From a bacterium (GTDB lineage Bacteria > Electryoneota > JAOADG01), in assembly GCA_963681965.1 (NCBI GenBank), contig OY820579.1:2848001-2912000 (forward strand): DNA of 64,000 nucleotides. Reading direction: 5' to 3'. The position numbers and the translations under genes were made by a program. Position 1 is the stretch's first letter; each line of letters begins with the position of its first letter. Below, piece after piece: positions 1-11,259 of the stretch. The notes below the pieces were generated by a model. That model worked only from the letters and a program-made list of their open reading frames with translations, had not been told where the DNA came from and made no database searches.

Positions 1-622
1 GTTTCTGCATTAACTTCTTTTGCAGATCGGCTTCGCGGTTTCGGGCTTGATCAAGCATCTTGTCATGCTGCTTCGGTTGTTGTTGCTTGGTCGAATCGGG
101 ATTCTGTTGTTTCTTTTGATCTTGTTGATTCTTCTGATCTTGCTTACTGGAATCGGGTTGTTGAACTTGTTTCATCAACATAGCCAATTCTAGATTTTTT
201 CGAGTGTTCGTGTCGGATGGAACACTTCTCAGTGATTCGGTATAGCATTTGATCGCATCGTCATATTTCTTTTGACGAAACATCATATTACCCATCTGAT
301 AATAAGCATCCGATTTGACTTTTTTGTTTGGACTGCGAGCCGCTTCTTCAAACCACGATTGCGCTTCACCTGTTCGTCCTAATTCCTCATACGTCGAGGC
401 AATATTAAATGGAATTTCAAACCGGGTTTTACGTTTGTCGCGTGCTTCCAGAAATTTTTCCAAGGCTTCTGCCTTTTTCGTGGAATCGGGGTATTTCAAC
501 AGTTTATTACCCTGATTGACGAGCGTCCTTCCAGACGCGGCAAATCCAAGATTGACCGATAAAACAAGAAAAGTGATTGAGAATAACGATAGGTAGAAGC
601 GATAACGATTTACCTGCATCAT
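1..622 (-). CDS. BatC-like TPR protein (3' end runs off window)
   Basis: Hand-translated from the ATG overlapping the batB stop (MMQVNRYRFYLSLFSITFLVL...). TPR-like helices followed by a Q/K/D-rich tail; lies directly after batA-batB. Confidence 0.7.
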   Translation of the reverse strand, partial: MMQVNRYRFYLSLFSITFLVLSVNLGFAASGRTLVNQGNKLLKYPDSTKKAEALEKFLEARDKRKTRFEIPFNIASTYEELGRTGEAQSWFEEAARSPNKKVKSDAYYQMGNMMFRQKKYDDAIKCYTESLRSVPSDTNTRKNLELAMLMKQVQQPDSSKQDQKNQQDQKKQQNPDSTKQQQPKQHDKMLDQARNREADLQKKLMQK

Positions 623-1674
623 TTCACTCCTTCAAACCAGCCCGGTCGAGATTTTCGATTGATTAACTGACGCCAATTTGCTTTCTGATACTTTCTAGCA
701 AGGGGCAGTGCCCGTTCCAGTATCAATAACAGCAATCCGATTGCAACGAACCACAAACCCCGGCTCATATACTCAGTTACGACTTTTTCACCGACTTTTC
801 GCTTGTCGAGTTGCCCGATACCATTCAAGATCGCTGTGATATCCCCTTCATCGCCACGCCACCGGATATACTGACCACCTGTCTGAAGTGCAATTGGCTT
901 TAAGTTTTCTTCAACCAACTTGGTTGTCACCATATTGCCTTCGTTATCGGTTTTATATTGACCCGGTCGATTTTTCAATGGAATGGGACCACCTTCCGAT
1001 GTTCCAATACCCAAAACGTAAAGCCGAGCACCGGCTTTTTGAAGGGCTTTTACCCCTTCGGCGACATATCCTTCGTGGTCTTCACCATCGGTAACCAGAA
1101 CGACACCGCGATCCCGTGCCGGATCGCCTTCAAATTGTTGTGCCGCAAGCAGTAATGAACCACCAATATCGGTTCCACCGCCGGGTAGCACATCAGTATC
1201 GGCTGCTTCGAGCCATGTACGAACGATTGATGCATCGATTGTCATCGGAATTTGTAGAAACGGTCGACTGGATACAAAGATCATCGAGATCCGGTCATTC
1301 AACATCCGGTCTAACAACCGATTGATCTTATATTTGGCAAGATCAAGACGGCTTGGGGCAACATCAATCGCATTCATCGATTTGGATACATCGAGTATTA
1401 GAACAATGTCGGCGCCTTTTCGCTCAACAGTTTCAACTTTCGTACCGATTCGCGGGTCGGCATAACCAATCATCAGAAAGATCAATCCGGCGGATATCAA
1501 TATCCACTCCCAACCGAACTTACGGTTTTCCCATCCCGGTGATAGCCGAGCCAATCCGGGGATTGCCAGGTTAATCTGTGATCGAAGTCGGATTTGCCAA
1601 TAGTATCCACCGATTCCAATCAATATTGGAACCCACAGGAAGTAAATTGGCCACTCAATGCGAAATTGTAACAT
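619..1674 (-). CDS. batB: VWA domain protein, BatB-like
   Basis: MIDAS motif DVSKS, GTDIG, LVTDGEDH; N- and C-terminal TM segments; follows batA. Confidence 0.85.
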   Translation of the reverse strand: MLQFRIEWPIYFLWVPILIGIGGYYWQIRLRSQINLAIPGLARLSPGWENRKFGWEWILISAGLIFLMIGYADPRIGTKVETVERKGADIVLILDVSKSMNAIDVAPSRLDLAKYKINRLLDRMLNDRISMIFVSSRPFLQIPMTIDASIVRTWLEAADTDVLPGGGTDIGGSLLLAAQQFEGDPARDRGVVLVTDGEDHEGYVAEGVKALQKAGARLYVLGIGTSEGGPIPLKNRPGQYKTDNEGNMVTTKLVEENLKPIALQTGGQYIRWRGDEGDITAILNGIGQLDKRKVGEKVVTEYMSRGLWFVAIGLLLLILERALPLARKYQKANWRQLINRKSRPGWFEGVK

Positions 1675-1744
1675 AAGATTTATCTTTAGTATTCGTCTTT
1701 ACTGAATTAATTTTGCACATCATCTTCAAGAAAAATTCTAGTAC

Positions 1745-2734
1745 TTAGTAAGCACTCCGGTAATATGTAAATCGCAATATTAACTCGGAACAGACGAATA
1801 TTATTGCGATTAGCACAAACCACTTAAACTGATCTTCCACCCGACGCCACTTAACACCTTCAATTTTATACTTTTCCATCTGATCGATCTTGGCATAAAT
1901 ACTGCGAAGTGTTTTCGTGTCCGTCGCTCGATTGTAAGTGCCACCTGTCGCATCAGCGATGTTGTGCAGCAACTTCTCGTCGATTTCCACCGGAACCATC
2001 TGCATTTGGATACCGATTGGAGTCGGTACCGGATAGGGTGCCATACCTTCTTTTCCCACACCGACAGTGTACACTTTCACACGCATGTTTTTTGCGCGAT
2101 CAGCAGCATCTAGGGGTGGGAAAATCATCTGGTTGTTGACACCATCTGTCATCAAGATGATCACTTTAGAAGGTGCTTTACTTGCTTCAAGACGTGCTAA
2201 AGCAAGTGTTAAACCAGCACCGATTGCAGTGCCATCTTCTTCGAGTTCGCGTGTTTTCGTTAAATCAATCATCTTTTTCAAGACATTGTGATCGGAAGTC
2301 AGTGGACACTGAGTGTAAGCTTCTTTCGAAAACACAACCAAACCGATCCGATCGTTCGGTCGACCATCGACGAATTGCTTCGCTGCTTCTTTCGCCGCTT
2401 CAAGACGATTTTTCGGTTCGAAATCGAGTGACATCATCGATCCGGAGACATCCAGCGCTATGATGATATCCACCCCTTCGGTTTCCGAACGTTCGCCGCC
2501 GGAAACACTTTGTGGTCGGGCGATAGCGAGTATCAGTGAAATGAATGCCAATCCCCGTAAGATTAGTAATAACTTACGACCACCATCGGATTTACCGACA
2601 ATTTTCTTAATCGGTAAGAAGGCAGGAATTCGTGTTGCAGGTTCGCGAAATCGACCAATGCGCCATTCGAACCATGCCCAAGCAAGAATCGGTATCAACA
2701 GGAATAAGGCTTCAGGGTTGTCCCATTGCATCAT
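1745..2734 (-). CDS. batA: VWA domain protein BatA
   Basis: BatA N-terminus (NPEALFLL...IARPQ), DVSGSM MIDAS, QCPLTSDH, DGTAIG, MTDGVNN. Confidence 0.9.
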   Translation of the reverse strand: MMQWDNPEALFLLIPILAWAWFEWRIGRFREPATRIPAFLPIKKIVGKSDGGRKLLLILRGLAFISLILAIARPQSVSGGERSETEGVDIIIALDVSGSMMSLDFEPKNRLEAAKEAAKQFVDGRPNDRIGLVVFSKEAYTQCPLTSDHNVLKKMIDLTKTRELEEDGTAIGAGLTLALARLEASKAPSKVIILMTDGVNNQMIFPPLDAADRAKNMRVKVYTVGVGKEGMAPYPVPTPIGIQMQMVPVEIDEKLLHNIADATGGTYNRATDTKTLRSIYAKIDQMEKYKIEGVKWRRVEDQFKWFVLIAIIFVCSELILRFTYYRSAY

Positions 2735-3876
2735 TGCCGGTCCCCCTCCCTACCCTTTTCAGCTTCACGTAATTCATCAAGTAATGTTCGATTACTGTTT
2801 TTAGAATCTTGAGTTATCGAAGCCATTTGATTCGATTTTGATGACGAAATTTCCGCTGCAGAAGGCTGTGAACTGGAACTTTTTGATTCCTTTTGTTGCG
2901 CTGTCGCTTCGGCAATCGCCTTGGCTCGAAGGTCGTCCTGCTGCTTTTGCCAACGGATACCCCAAACACCAACAAGTTGTTCGGCTTCTTTTACCCCTTC
3001 GAGACAGCGATTGTTGGCAATCTCGCCGCGGGCAAACTTCACTTCATCGGCAATTGACAGTAAACCGATGAATATCTTGTGTTCCTCATTGCCAAGAATA
3101 GCTGCAACTTCTTTACTTCGTAATTCAGAAGTTGTTTTTTCAAGTGCATTATAGTTAAAGCGACCCTCTAAATATTCTTTAATGATATCTATAAGATCTG
3201 TCTGGAATCCTTTAATATCCCCTAACTCCCACTTCGCCTCATTCTTGATTATTGCCAATCGTTCAAACGCAACATGCTCTGGTGACGGTGGCGGAGGCGG
3301 TGGTGGTGGCGGTAACAATGATTTCCGGTATTTCTGATACCGCAAATACCCATAGATGAGTGCCGCTAATGCAATTGGTGCTCCGATCCATAACAACCAT
3401 TCCAACCATGATGGTGGAATCGTTTTCATCGGTAAATCGGGTTTCAATAAAGTATCGAGACCTGGTCCGGGTTTCGCATTCAACGTCGAATGAATGGTAA
3501 TCGGGATCGAATTGGTCTTAAATCGGGAAGTATCGGTACCGCGGATTGCAAAAATATCGAAAGACGGAACTGCGACATTTCCGGTATCCATCACTGCGAA
3601 GACACCAGTCCATTTCGCCGTCGGTCCAGTCGTTTCGATCGAGTTGCTCTGCAGTAAAACAAACGGAGTCTGCCAACCCGATCCACTCCAAGGACCAACT
3701 AATGTGGCATTTAGCGGCAGACCGGACATTTCAATCTGAATGGAGAGACTCTCGGCAATTGCTGCGCGTGTGCGACTGACCCGAGCCGTACCGGAAAAGG
3801 CTAAAACCGATTTATTTACAAATATACTGAAGATGATAAATAGGATAATTACCGACAGGCGATTCCAATGTCTCAT
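2731..3876 (-). CDS. Membrane-anchored Bat-operon protein (BatD-like N-terminus, polyproline linker)
   Basis: Signal peptide, single TM, P9 run, YLEGRF..ALEKTT.E and ADEVKFA motifs typical of the gene between DUF58 and batA. Confidence 0.75.
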   Translation of the reverse strand: MRHWNRLSVIILFIIFSIFVNKSVLAFSGTARVSRTRAAIAESLSIQIEMSGLPLNATLVGPWSGSGWQTPFVLLQSNSIETTGPTAKWTGVFAVMDTGNVAVPSFDIFAIRGTDTSRFKTNSIPITIHSTLNAKPGPGLDTLLKPDLPMKTIPPSWLEWLLWIGAPIALAALIYGYLRYQKYRKSLLPPPPPPPPPSPEHVAFERLAIIKNEAKWELGDIKGFQTDLIDIIKEYLEGRFNYNALEKTTSELRSKEVAAILGNEEHKIFIGLLSIADEVKFARGEIANNRCLEGVKEAEQLVGVWGIRWQKQQDDLRAKAIAEATAQQKESKSSSSQPSAAEISSSKSNQMASITQDSKNSNRTLLDELREAEKGREGDRQ

Positions 3877-4748
3877 CGATAGTGCCCTCGTCGCTGAAAG
3901 AAATCGGTAAGAATTGGAACGATATCGTCGTTGGTCTTGATTTCAACGCGATCGATGCGTGATCGACTTAATTGTGCGATGGTCTGTTCTCTTTGTTTGC
4001 GGAAACCTTCTTGCCATGCGGCTTGTACTTCTTTCCGGTTGGAATCGATCCAGGTCTCCTGATTGGTTTCGGCATCGATCACTTTTAACCATCCGGCTTG
4101 CGGAAGTTTCTCCTCTAGTTGGTCGATCAGATGGACTGCCACCACATCGTGTCGCGATGCCACCCGCTGCAATGCATCGTGATACCCTTCGGAATGAAAA
4201 TCGGAAAGCAAAAACAAAATGGATCGCTGACGCATGATCCGGTCGACATATTCAAGGACATTTGTCAGATTGGTTCCTTGATTCTTCGGTTCGAATTCAA
4301 CCAGTTCGGTTAATACCCGAAAAGCGTGGCTGCGCCCTTTTTTCGGTGGTAGATACCGCTCGACATGGTCGGAAAACAGTAATAACCCAACTTTATCGTT
4401 GTTCCGAATTGCCGAGAAGCTCAATATTGCCGCAATTTCCGCCGCAATTTCGGCTTTCCATTGGCGAAGCGAACCGAATTGTTGCGAGCCCGAAATATCG
4501 ACGATCAAGAGGACAGTCAACTCTCGATCTTCTTCAAAGGTTTTGACAAACGGGTGATTCATTCGCGCCGAGACATTCCAATCGACATCGCGGATGTCGT
4601 CGCCGGCAATATAATCGCGCACTTCCCGAAACGTGACACCCCGTCCTCGAAAGGCCGAGTGGTATTGTCCGGTAAAAGTGGTTTTAACGATACCACGTGT
4701 CCGGATTTCTACTTCGCGAACGCGCTTGAGTAATTCTTTCGCATCCAT
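3873..4748 (-). CDS. DUF58 domain protein
   Basis: GxHSAFRGRG..F.EVRDY..GDDIRDVDWNVSAR motif; follows moxR. Confidence 0.9.
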   Translation of the reverse strand: MDAKELLKRVREVEIRTRGIVKTTFTGQYHSAFRGRGVTFREVRDYIAGDDIRDVDWNVSARMNHPFVKTFEEDRELTVLLIVDISGSQQFGSLRQWKAEIAAEIAAILSFSAIRNNDKVGLLLFSDHVERYLPPKKGRSHAFRVLTELVEFEPKNQGTNLTNVLEYVDRIMRQRSILFLLSDFHSEGYHDALQRVASRHDVVAVHLIDQLEEKLPQAGWLKVIDAETNQETWIDSNRKEVQAAWQEGFRKQREQTIAQLSRSRIDRVEIKTNDDIVPILTDFFQRRGHYR

Positions 4749-5737
4749 TACGGTACGATAATCCGATCGAATAAGGTTTTCACGATTTTATCGGAAGTCC
4801 AGTCCTGCGCTTCAGCTTCGTAGCTAAGTCCAATGCGATGCCGTAAGACATCGACACCGATTGCGCGGACATCTTCCGGTAACACATAACCACGACGCTG
4901 GAGGAACGCATGTGCTCGGGCACAAGCGGTCAAGTAGATGGATGCACGCGGGCTGGCGCCGTAACGAATCATACCATCCAATTCTTTGACACCGGCGGCA
5001 ACTGGATTGCGAGTAGCAATAATGATATCCAGAACGTAATTCTCGATCTTTTCATCCGTGTAAATCTGATCGCAGGCATTTCGGATTTGCAACAATTCTT
5101 CCGGAGTCAACGCTGGTTGAATCTTCTCGGATAGAATCCGTTTTTGATCGCGGAGAATGGTTCGCTCTTCGTCTCGACTAGGATAAGTCAACACCACTTT
5201 CATCAGGAAACGGTCAAGTTGCGCTTCGGGAAGTGGATAGGTTCCCTCTTGCTCTAGTGGGTTCTGTGTGGCTATTACCAGAAACGGCTGTTCGAGGTAA
5301 TAGGTTTCTTCACCTAAAGTTACTTGACGTTCTTGCATCGCTTCGAGCAGTGCCGATTGCACTTTTGCCGGGGCGCGGTTGATTTCATCAGCCAACAAGA
5401 AATTCGTGAAGATGGGTCCTTTGCGAGTGACGAACCGCTGCTCTTTCATATCGAAAATTAGGGTTCCAGTTACGTCAGCCGGGAGCAAATCGGGCGTAAA
5501 TTGAATTCGCTGAAAGCGTGCTTTGATCGAAGCAGCCAGCGTTTTCGCCGCCAGAGTCTTCGCCAATCCCGGAACGCCTTCCAAGAGTAAGTGACCGTCG
5601 CAAAGCAGTGCGATCAACATCCGATCGACTAGATCCTGTTGACCGACAATTACTTGTCCTAGTGCTTTTCGAACGCGCTCCAATCCAATGGACTCACGTG
5701 CGATCATTTCATTAAGTGCTCGAATATCAGTGTGCAT
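4748..5737 (-). CDS. moxR: MoxR family AAA+ ATPase
   Basis: Walker [51 protein letters not shown]. Confidence 0.95.
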   Translation of the reverse strand: MHTDIRALNEMIARESIGLERVRKALGQVIVGQQDLVDRMLIALLCDGHLLLEGVPGLAKTLAAKTLAASIKARFQRIQFTPDLLPADVTGTLIFDMKEQRFVTRKGPIFTNFLLADEINRAPAKVQSALLEAMQERQVTLGEETYYLEQPFLVIATQNPLEQEGTYPLPEAQLDRFLMKVVLTYPSRDEERTILRDQKRILSEKIQPALTPEELLQIRNACDQIYTDEKIENYVLDIIIATRNPVAAGVKELDGMIRYGASPRASIYLTACARAHAFLQRRGYVLPEDVRAIGVDVLRHRIGLSYEAEAQDWTSDKIVKTLFDRIIVP

Positions 5738-5821
5738 AACAGTTCCGTAACCTAACGTCTTTGGTTTTCGATTTATATCAGTAAAAGCGTCAGTGCAAGA
5801 CGACCTTCACATAAATAAGGT

Positions 5822-5845
5822 CGGGGCAATTCGCTAATTGCCCCG
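5822..5845 (-). terminator. Hairpin between the TPR lipoprotein gene and moxR
   Basis: CGGGGCAATT-cgct-AATTGCCCCG perfect inverted repeat; weak U-tract. Confidence 0.45.
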
Positions 5846-5968
5846 TGAAATTTCTTCGAAACGGGCAACCGCTGTCAGTGTCGATTGAAAACATTCCTCA
5901 GCGGTCTGCGAATCTTCTTGATATTTTTTTACGCATTAAATTCGGGATGGTTCCCGATCGAATGAAAC

Positions 5969-6409
5969 CTACTTCGAGGTTTTCGGTTCCTGCGTTTCCT
6001 TGGTTTCTTTCTTCGTTGTATCGGTCGGAGAAAGTTGTTTCAGCTCTTCGATATCGTTGATATCTTTGCCAAGGTGCTTGAGTTCCCATTGAGCAGATGC
6101 GACGATACCGGGATCGCTAACACTCGAATAATCTTTCAAGAATTGCTCGTAGGCGGTTTTCGCTTTCGCCAAATCTTTCAACTCGTTGGCGTACAAGAAG
6201 CCGACCATGAATTGTGCTTGAGCTGCGCGGGTACCTTTCGGTGCGACTTTCACGACTTCTTCGTACTTCTGCACGGCGTCCTTAATTTTTCCCTGTTCCT
6301 GAAAGGTCTTCGCTGAATTAAAGAGTTCCTCTTCATTAGCTTTAGCGCCGCCGCAGCCAACCAACAGCATGATTGAAACGAATGCCCAAACTAAGCGGAT
6401 TTTCGACAT
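5969..6409 (-). CDS. TPR lipoprotein (BamD/CpoB-like)
   Basis: Lipobox LVGC followed by TPR helices (AQAQFMVGFLY...AKTAYEQFLKDY). Confidence 0.75.
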   Translation of the reverse strand: MSKIRLVWAFVSIMLLVGCGGAKANEEELFNSAKTFQEQGKIKDAVQKYEEVVKVAPKGTRAAQAQFMVGFLYANELKDLAKAKTAYEQFLKDYSSVSDPGIVASAQWELKHLGKDINDIEELKQLSPTDTTKKETKETQEPKTSK

Positions 6410-6653
6410 GCATCGATTCCTTTCGTTGATCGATCGACAAGATTTCCGGTAAATCGCTGATGATTCGTGACCGGATCGTATGAGATTAACGCATTAAATA
6501 CGCGGGATAAGGTAAAAAAGTTTCTGCGATTGGTAAAATCTTGCTCCGAAAGTCTATCGGTAGTGTTAAGTTCCAACCTTTCGAAACATAATCCTAGATA
6601 ATATGTTATAATACAATATTTTAAAGTACTTTAGCAAGATTGCCTAAGTATTG

Positions 6654-9455
6654 TCACTGTGATTGTTTCTTACCTTCGGAGAGCCAACCGAAAAGTTCGT
6701 ACAAGTCATTTTGAGTTCGAAGCGGTGTAATCTCGACTGGTAGCGATCTGCGAATGATCTCTCCGTACCGCGATGTCAGGATCCGGCGATCGAGAATCAG
6801 AATAACACCGAGATCTTCTTCCAGCCGAATCATTCGACCAATTCCTTGTTTTAGCTTGAGGATTGTTTGCGGGATCGATACTTCGAAGAAGTCGCTTCCT
6901 CCCCGTTCTTTCACGAGTTCCGATTTGGAAGCTTGGATCGGATCATCGGGTACTGGAAATGGTAATCGCGGAATAATGATCGTTTCGAGTGCCGTTCCGG
7001 GAAGATCGACTCCTTCCCAGAATGAATCATATCCGATTAGGATTCCACCTTGTTTCCCGCGGAATTGCTCGACCAATTCTGCAGGATTGCCATCGCGACC
7101 CTGCAGCCAGACAAAATGATTCTTTCCGCGAAAATGCGACTGCAGCGCTTTGGCAAATTGCAATCCGACTCGCTTCGCAGTAGCTAGTACTAATGTGTTG
7201 ATCGGTGCTTCGTGCAGCACTTCGGAAAGCCATTCTGCGACTCCGGCAGCGTCGAATTGACCATTCTGCCATGGATCCGGACCAAACATCGGTACGGCTA
7301 TTCGCAGTTGTCGTTTCAATTTAAACGGTGAAGCGACATTTTGTTCGATTGGATCGACGGTCGTATCAGTTAACCCAATTGCTTTGCGATAATATTGAAA
7401 TGAAGTATCCACCGACAATGTCGCACTGGTCAGGACACCGAACCGCTCCGCTTCAAACAGCTTCTCGCGCAAAACCTGCGATACATCTACCGGCGAAGCA
7501 AAGAATTCCACTTCCATCGGATCGGCATCAGGTGGCAGTTCCCACCAGGTAGCACTGTTCTTTTCGGCAATGCGAACGCGTTTCCAACAGACACCGCATT
7601 CAACGAGTTTCAATTCAAATGATTCAACCTGACTTCGCAAATCATCGTTCAGAGCGAAGACCGGTTTCAATTTCGTCACGCTACTGATCGCAGCAGTAAT
7701 TTTTTCATCGATCCGTTCCGATGCTGCTGGAAACCATATTGCCGGTCCATCACCAGCCAAATATCGTTTTCGACGACCAAAATCTGAATCGGGTGTTGTA
7801 TAGATCATTTGTGTAAAAGCATGGATATAACTATTCCAAGCCTCTTCAATGGCAGCAATCGCCAATTGCGCTTCGCGGAATGCGGTATTCTGTTGTGCTG
7901 CTGCAAATGCAAAAGCAAGATCGGTGAATGCTTCCTGAAGATTTCTGTAAACTGCTCGTGACACCGATACTGTCGCAGAATCACGTGCCACTTCTTCCAA
8001 TCGATGCGCTTCGTCAATCACGATGGCATTGACTTCACCCAATAATTGCGGTTGATAGAGCAAATAGGTACAGAGTAACGCATGATTGACCACCACAAGT
8101 TGAGCGGTACTAGCTAATTTCCGTGCCTTGGCGTAGAAACATCCGATTGGACCGTTCGGACAGCCTCGGGCACCACAACCGAAGGGTTCCGATGCGACTT
8201 TCCGCATCATCTGACTGCCATCGCGCAAGGTCACAAATTCAGAAGCATCGCCCGTATCGGTCCAACTCAACCAAAGCGGTAATGTGGAAGCGTGATATGC
8301 TTCATCCGGAGAAATATTACCACTGCGATGTGCCGCTAAATCGTCAAACCGAAATGGACAGATGTAATTGTTGCGTCCTTTTAAGAGTGTTGTTTCAATA
8401 CCGCGAAATCGCGGTAACCAGAATGGCAAATCTTTATGGAATAGTTGGTGCTGTAAGGTCTTACTATAGGTCGATATGACGGCTCGACGGGAACTATCTT
8501 CTGCTAACCAAGCTAATAACGGTAGTAGATATCCAAAGGTTTTTCCGACACCGGTTCCAGCTTCCAACACAATCCATTGTTCATTAGTGAGTGCTTTACC
8601 GACCCACTCGGCATACTCCATCTGACCATTACGTTGTCGAAACGAGGGTAGGTTTTGTGAGGCGTACCCATCGGTTGACAGCTCATGTTCGATCTCGGAT
8701 AACTGTACGGATTGATTACCCTCCGATTTGCGATATGACGGTGACCACGGTGAAAGCGGCAATACCCGTTTTTTCCGTTCGGGAACATGAGGTCGCAACC
8801 TAGTCCAAGCTTCCGCAGGAAATCCATAGCGGGTATTATTTGCTAAAGCGGCAAGTTGATCGCATTCCTCCTTACACAATAAATTCAGTCGTGGAAGACA
8901 GGCACGAAATAACTCGCCAGTTGCGAATGCATCGGAAAGTGCGCGATGGGGTCGATCATGCTTCAAACCCAACCACTTTGTGAGGCTGCCTAATCCACCG
9001 GGAGGTGCTTCTGGATAAAGTAGTCGAGCAAAATTGCGGGTATCGAGCAACCACAGTGGTAATGACCAGGAGCGTCCGGTACGTGTTGCTTCTGCCATTA
9101 CAAATCCGACATCAAAGACAAGACTATGACCTAACAGCGCTGGAGTCGATTTCCAGATGTCTTCAATTTCACTCAATCGTTCGGTAAATGACTTCTGACC
9201 CAACAGCATCTTATTTGAGATACCGGTCAATCGTGTAATCTCGGCGGGAACTTTATTGGGAATTGAAAACAGCTCATCGAAGGCTGTGGTTACACCTTCT
9301 GCAGTAACCCAGACTGCGCCCAATTCAATTACCCGATCACTACGTGAATCTAGACCGGTCGTCTCGCAATCGATTGCGAGGATCCGATCGGGGAAATTTA
9401 ACTTTTCCCACATCTTGACGATTTCGGTCTGATTGACTTGCGGTGTGATGTTCAC
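6654..9455 (-). CDS. dinG: DEDDh 3'-5' exonuclease fused to DinG family helicase
   Basis: IDCETTG and HRALSDA exonuclease motifs; AGTGVGKT, KGRNNYIC, DEAH, SATL, FWEGVDLPG, QGIGRMIR. Confidence 0.9.
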   Translation of the reverse strand: MNITPQVNQTEIVKMWEKLNFPDRILAIDCETTGLDSRSDRVIELGAVWVTAEGVTTAFDELFSIPNKVPAEITRLTGISNKMLLGQKSFTERLSEIEDIWKSTPALLGHSLVFDVGFVMAEATRTGRSWSLPLWLLDTRNFARLLYPEAPPGGLGSLTKWLGLKHDRPHRALSDAFATGELFRACLPRLNLLCKEECDQLAALANNTRYGFPAEAWTRLRPHVPERKKRVLPLSPWSPSYRKSEGNQSVQLSEIEHELSTDGYASQNLPSFRQRNGQMEYAEWVGKALTNEQWIVLEAGTGVGKTFGYLLPLLAWLAEDSSRRAVISTYSKTLQHQLFHKDLPFWLPRFRGIETTLLKGRNNYICPFRFDDLAAHRSGNISPDEAYHASTLPLWLSWTDTGDASEFVTLRDGSQMMRKVASEPFGCGARGCPNGPIGCFYAKARKLASTAQLVVVNHALLCTYLLYQPQLLGEVNAIVIDEAHRLEEVARDSATVSVSRAVYRNLQEAFTDLAFAFAAAQQNTAFREAQLAIAAIEEAWNSYIHAFTQMIYTTPDSDFGRRKRYLAGDGPAIWFPAASERIDEKITAAISSVTKLKPVFALNDDLRSQVESFELKLVECGVCWKRVRIAEKNSATWWELPPDADPMEVEFFASPVDVSQVLREKLFEAERFGVLTSATLSVDTSFQYYRKAIGLTDTTVDPIEQNVASPFKLKRQLRIAVPMFGPDPWQNGQFDAAGVAEWLSEVLHEAPINTLVLATAKRVGLQFAKALQSHFRGKNHFVWLQGRDGNPAELVEQFRGKQGGILIGYDSFWEGVDLPGTALETIIIPRLPFPVPDDPIQASKSELVKERGGSDFFEVSIPQTILKLKQGIGRMIRLEEDLGVILILDRRILTSRYGEIIRRSLPVEITPLRTQNDLYELFGWLSEGKKQSQ

Positions 9456-9549
9456 AATTGATATCCATTGCCGCAGCGGTCGAACCGTCCTGTGGCGTGA
9501 AAATGTTGGAAAACGCTTACTATCCTGTGGCTTACCCTATCTAGGTATC

Positions 9550-9578
9550 AAAAAAAAGGGGCGAATGCAATTCGCCCC
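9550..9578 (-). terminator. Rho-independent terminator of gcvPB
   Basis: GGGGCGAAT-tgc-ATTCGCCCC followed by T8 on the minus strand. Confidence 0.8.
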
Positions 9579-9603
9579 AGTGAAATTTCAAATCCGAAAC
9601 AAA

Positions 9604-11040
9604 TCAGACAGGATACGAAATATCGAGATTACGTGCCGCCATCGCCTCATTTAATCGTCCAACGGGAGTCGATTTCGGTGCACTTCGAAGAACATCGGGT
9701 GTCTCTCTCGCCTCGACGGCAATTTTTTTCATCGCATCGATAAACCGGTCGATGGTTTGTAACGACTCGGTTTCGGTCGGTTCAATCATGATCGCTTCAT
9801 GCACAATCAGCGGAAAATATACTGTCGGTGCATGGAACCCGTAATCGAGCAATCGCTTCGCAATATCCAACGTCTTGATATTGTATTCTTTTTGTTTATC
9901 CCCACTGAAGACAACTTCGTGCATACAGATGCCCGGATAGGGTAATTCGTAGTCATCGATCAATCTTGCCCGAATATAGTTCGCATTCAGGACTGCATAC
10001 CGACTATTGTCGGTCAATCCTTCGCGACCATTACTGCGGATGTAAGACAGCGCGCGAACCAAGATGCCAAAATTGCCGAAAAACGTCAAGAGCTTGCCAA
10101 TCGATAAGGGTCGTTTCCATTCCCAGTTGAAGTGGTTCCCATTTTTAACAATCCGTGGAACTGGAAGGAATTGTTCAAGATCGGCACGGCATCCGACTGG
10201 ACCGGCACCCGGACCACCACCACCGTGAGGGGTTGAGAAGGTCTTGTGCAAATTGATATGACAAATATCGAAGCCCATGTCGGCGGGTCGAGCGATACCC
10301 ACGATCGCATTCAGATTCGCGCCATCCATGTACATCAGTCCATCGACTGAGTGAATGATCGCCGCAATTTCCGCAATCTGTGGTTCAAACAAACCGAGTG
10401 TATTCGGATTCGTAATCATCAAACCAGCGACGTTGTCGTCGACAACTTTTCGCAGTTCTTCTAAATCGATCAATCCGTCCGAATTACTCGTCAATTGAAG
10501 TACTTCGAAGCCACAAATCGCGATGGAAGCCGGATTGGTTCCGTGTGCGGAATCGGGAATAATGATTTTCTTCGGATCGCGACCTTTGTTCTTGTGATAT
10601 GCTTTCATCAACAAAAGACCGGTGTATTCCCCTTGCGCCCCAGCTGCGGGTTGCAATGTAATTGCATGAAATCCGGTAATCGCTTTGAGGGATTCTTCCA
10701 ACTCCCAGAGCATCTGGAGTGCGCCTTGCATCGAGGAAATTGGCTGTAATGGGTGTAATTGCGTAAATCCCGGATATCGAGCGATTTCTTCATTCAACTT
10801 CGGGTTGTACTTCATCGTACAAGAACCAAGGGGGTAGAAATCTTTATCGACATGATGATTCAACACCGATAGTCTGGTAAAGTGACGAACAGCGTCGATT
10901 TCCGAAACTTCGGGAAATGGTAAATCTTCGCGTAACATCGCTGCCGGTATCGGTGATGGAAGAGCAGGAACATCCAAGTCAGGCAGTGGAACACCGGTTC
11001 GGGATGGTTGTGAAAGCTCAAAAAGCAATGGTTCGGTCAT
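9604..11040 (-). CDS. gcvPB: Glycine dehydrogenase (decarboxylating) subunit 2
   Basis: YPLGSCTMKYNP, PDSAHGTNPAS, HINLHKTFSTPHGGGGPG. Start moved to ATG 11040 (GGAG upstream). Confidence 0.95.
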   Translation of the reverse strand: MTEPLLFELSQPSRTGVPLPDLDVPALPSPIPAAMLREDLPFPEVSEIDAVRHFTRLSVLNHHVDKDFYPLGSCTMKYNPKLNEEIARYPGFTQLHPLQPISSMQGALQMLWELEESLKAITGFHAITLQPAAGAQGEYTGLLLMKAYHKNKGRDPKKIIIPDSAHGTNPASIAICGFEVLQLTSNSDGLIDLEELRKVVDDNVAGLMITNPNTLGLFEPQIAEIAAIIHSVDGLMYMDGANLNAIVGIARPADMGFDICHINLHKTFSTPHGGGGPGAGPVGCRADLEQFLPVPRIVKNGNHFNWEWKRPLSIGKLLTFFGNFGILVRALSYIRSNGREGLTDNSRYAVLNANYIRARLIDDYELPYPGICMHEVVFSGDKQKEYNIKTLDIAKRLLDYGFHAPTVYFPLIVHEAIMIEPTETESLQTIDRFIDAMKKIAVEARETPDVLRSAPKSTPVGRLNEAMAARNLDISYPV

Positions 11041-11259
11041 GCAACAACTCCTCAGATTGGTTAGAATAAACACTAAAGCAGTTCGCTTTGGTCTTATCCT
11101 GTAGTCATCGCGATAAGATAAGCATCTTTCACTTTTATCGCAATCGCTTGATTTTGCTGTTTTGAATCTATTCATTAGACAAAATCGATGAGATTAAACC
11201 TGACTACTCACTTGCGTTTCCTACAATTACTTTTTCCAAGGAAGAACCAAGAAATCGAT

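Noticed and set aside
3285-3315. Polyproline run as a functional link to the tRNA-Pro(GGG) rearrangement
   Set aside because: The run uses mostly CCA/CCG codons not read by this tRNA; ordinary linker.
11041-11190. Glycine riboswitch upstream of gcvPB
   Set aside because: No recognisable aptamer motifs in the short intergenic region.
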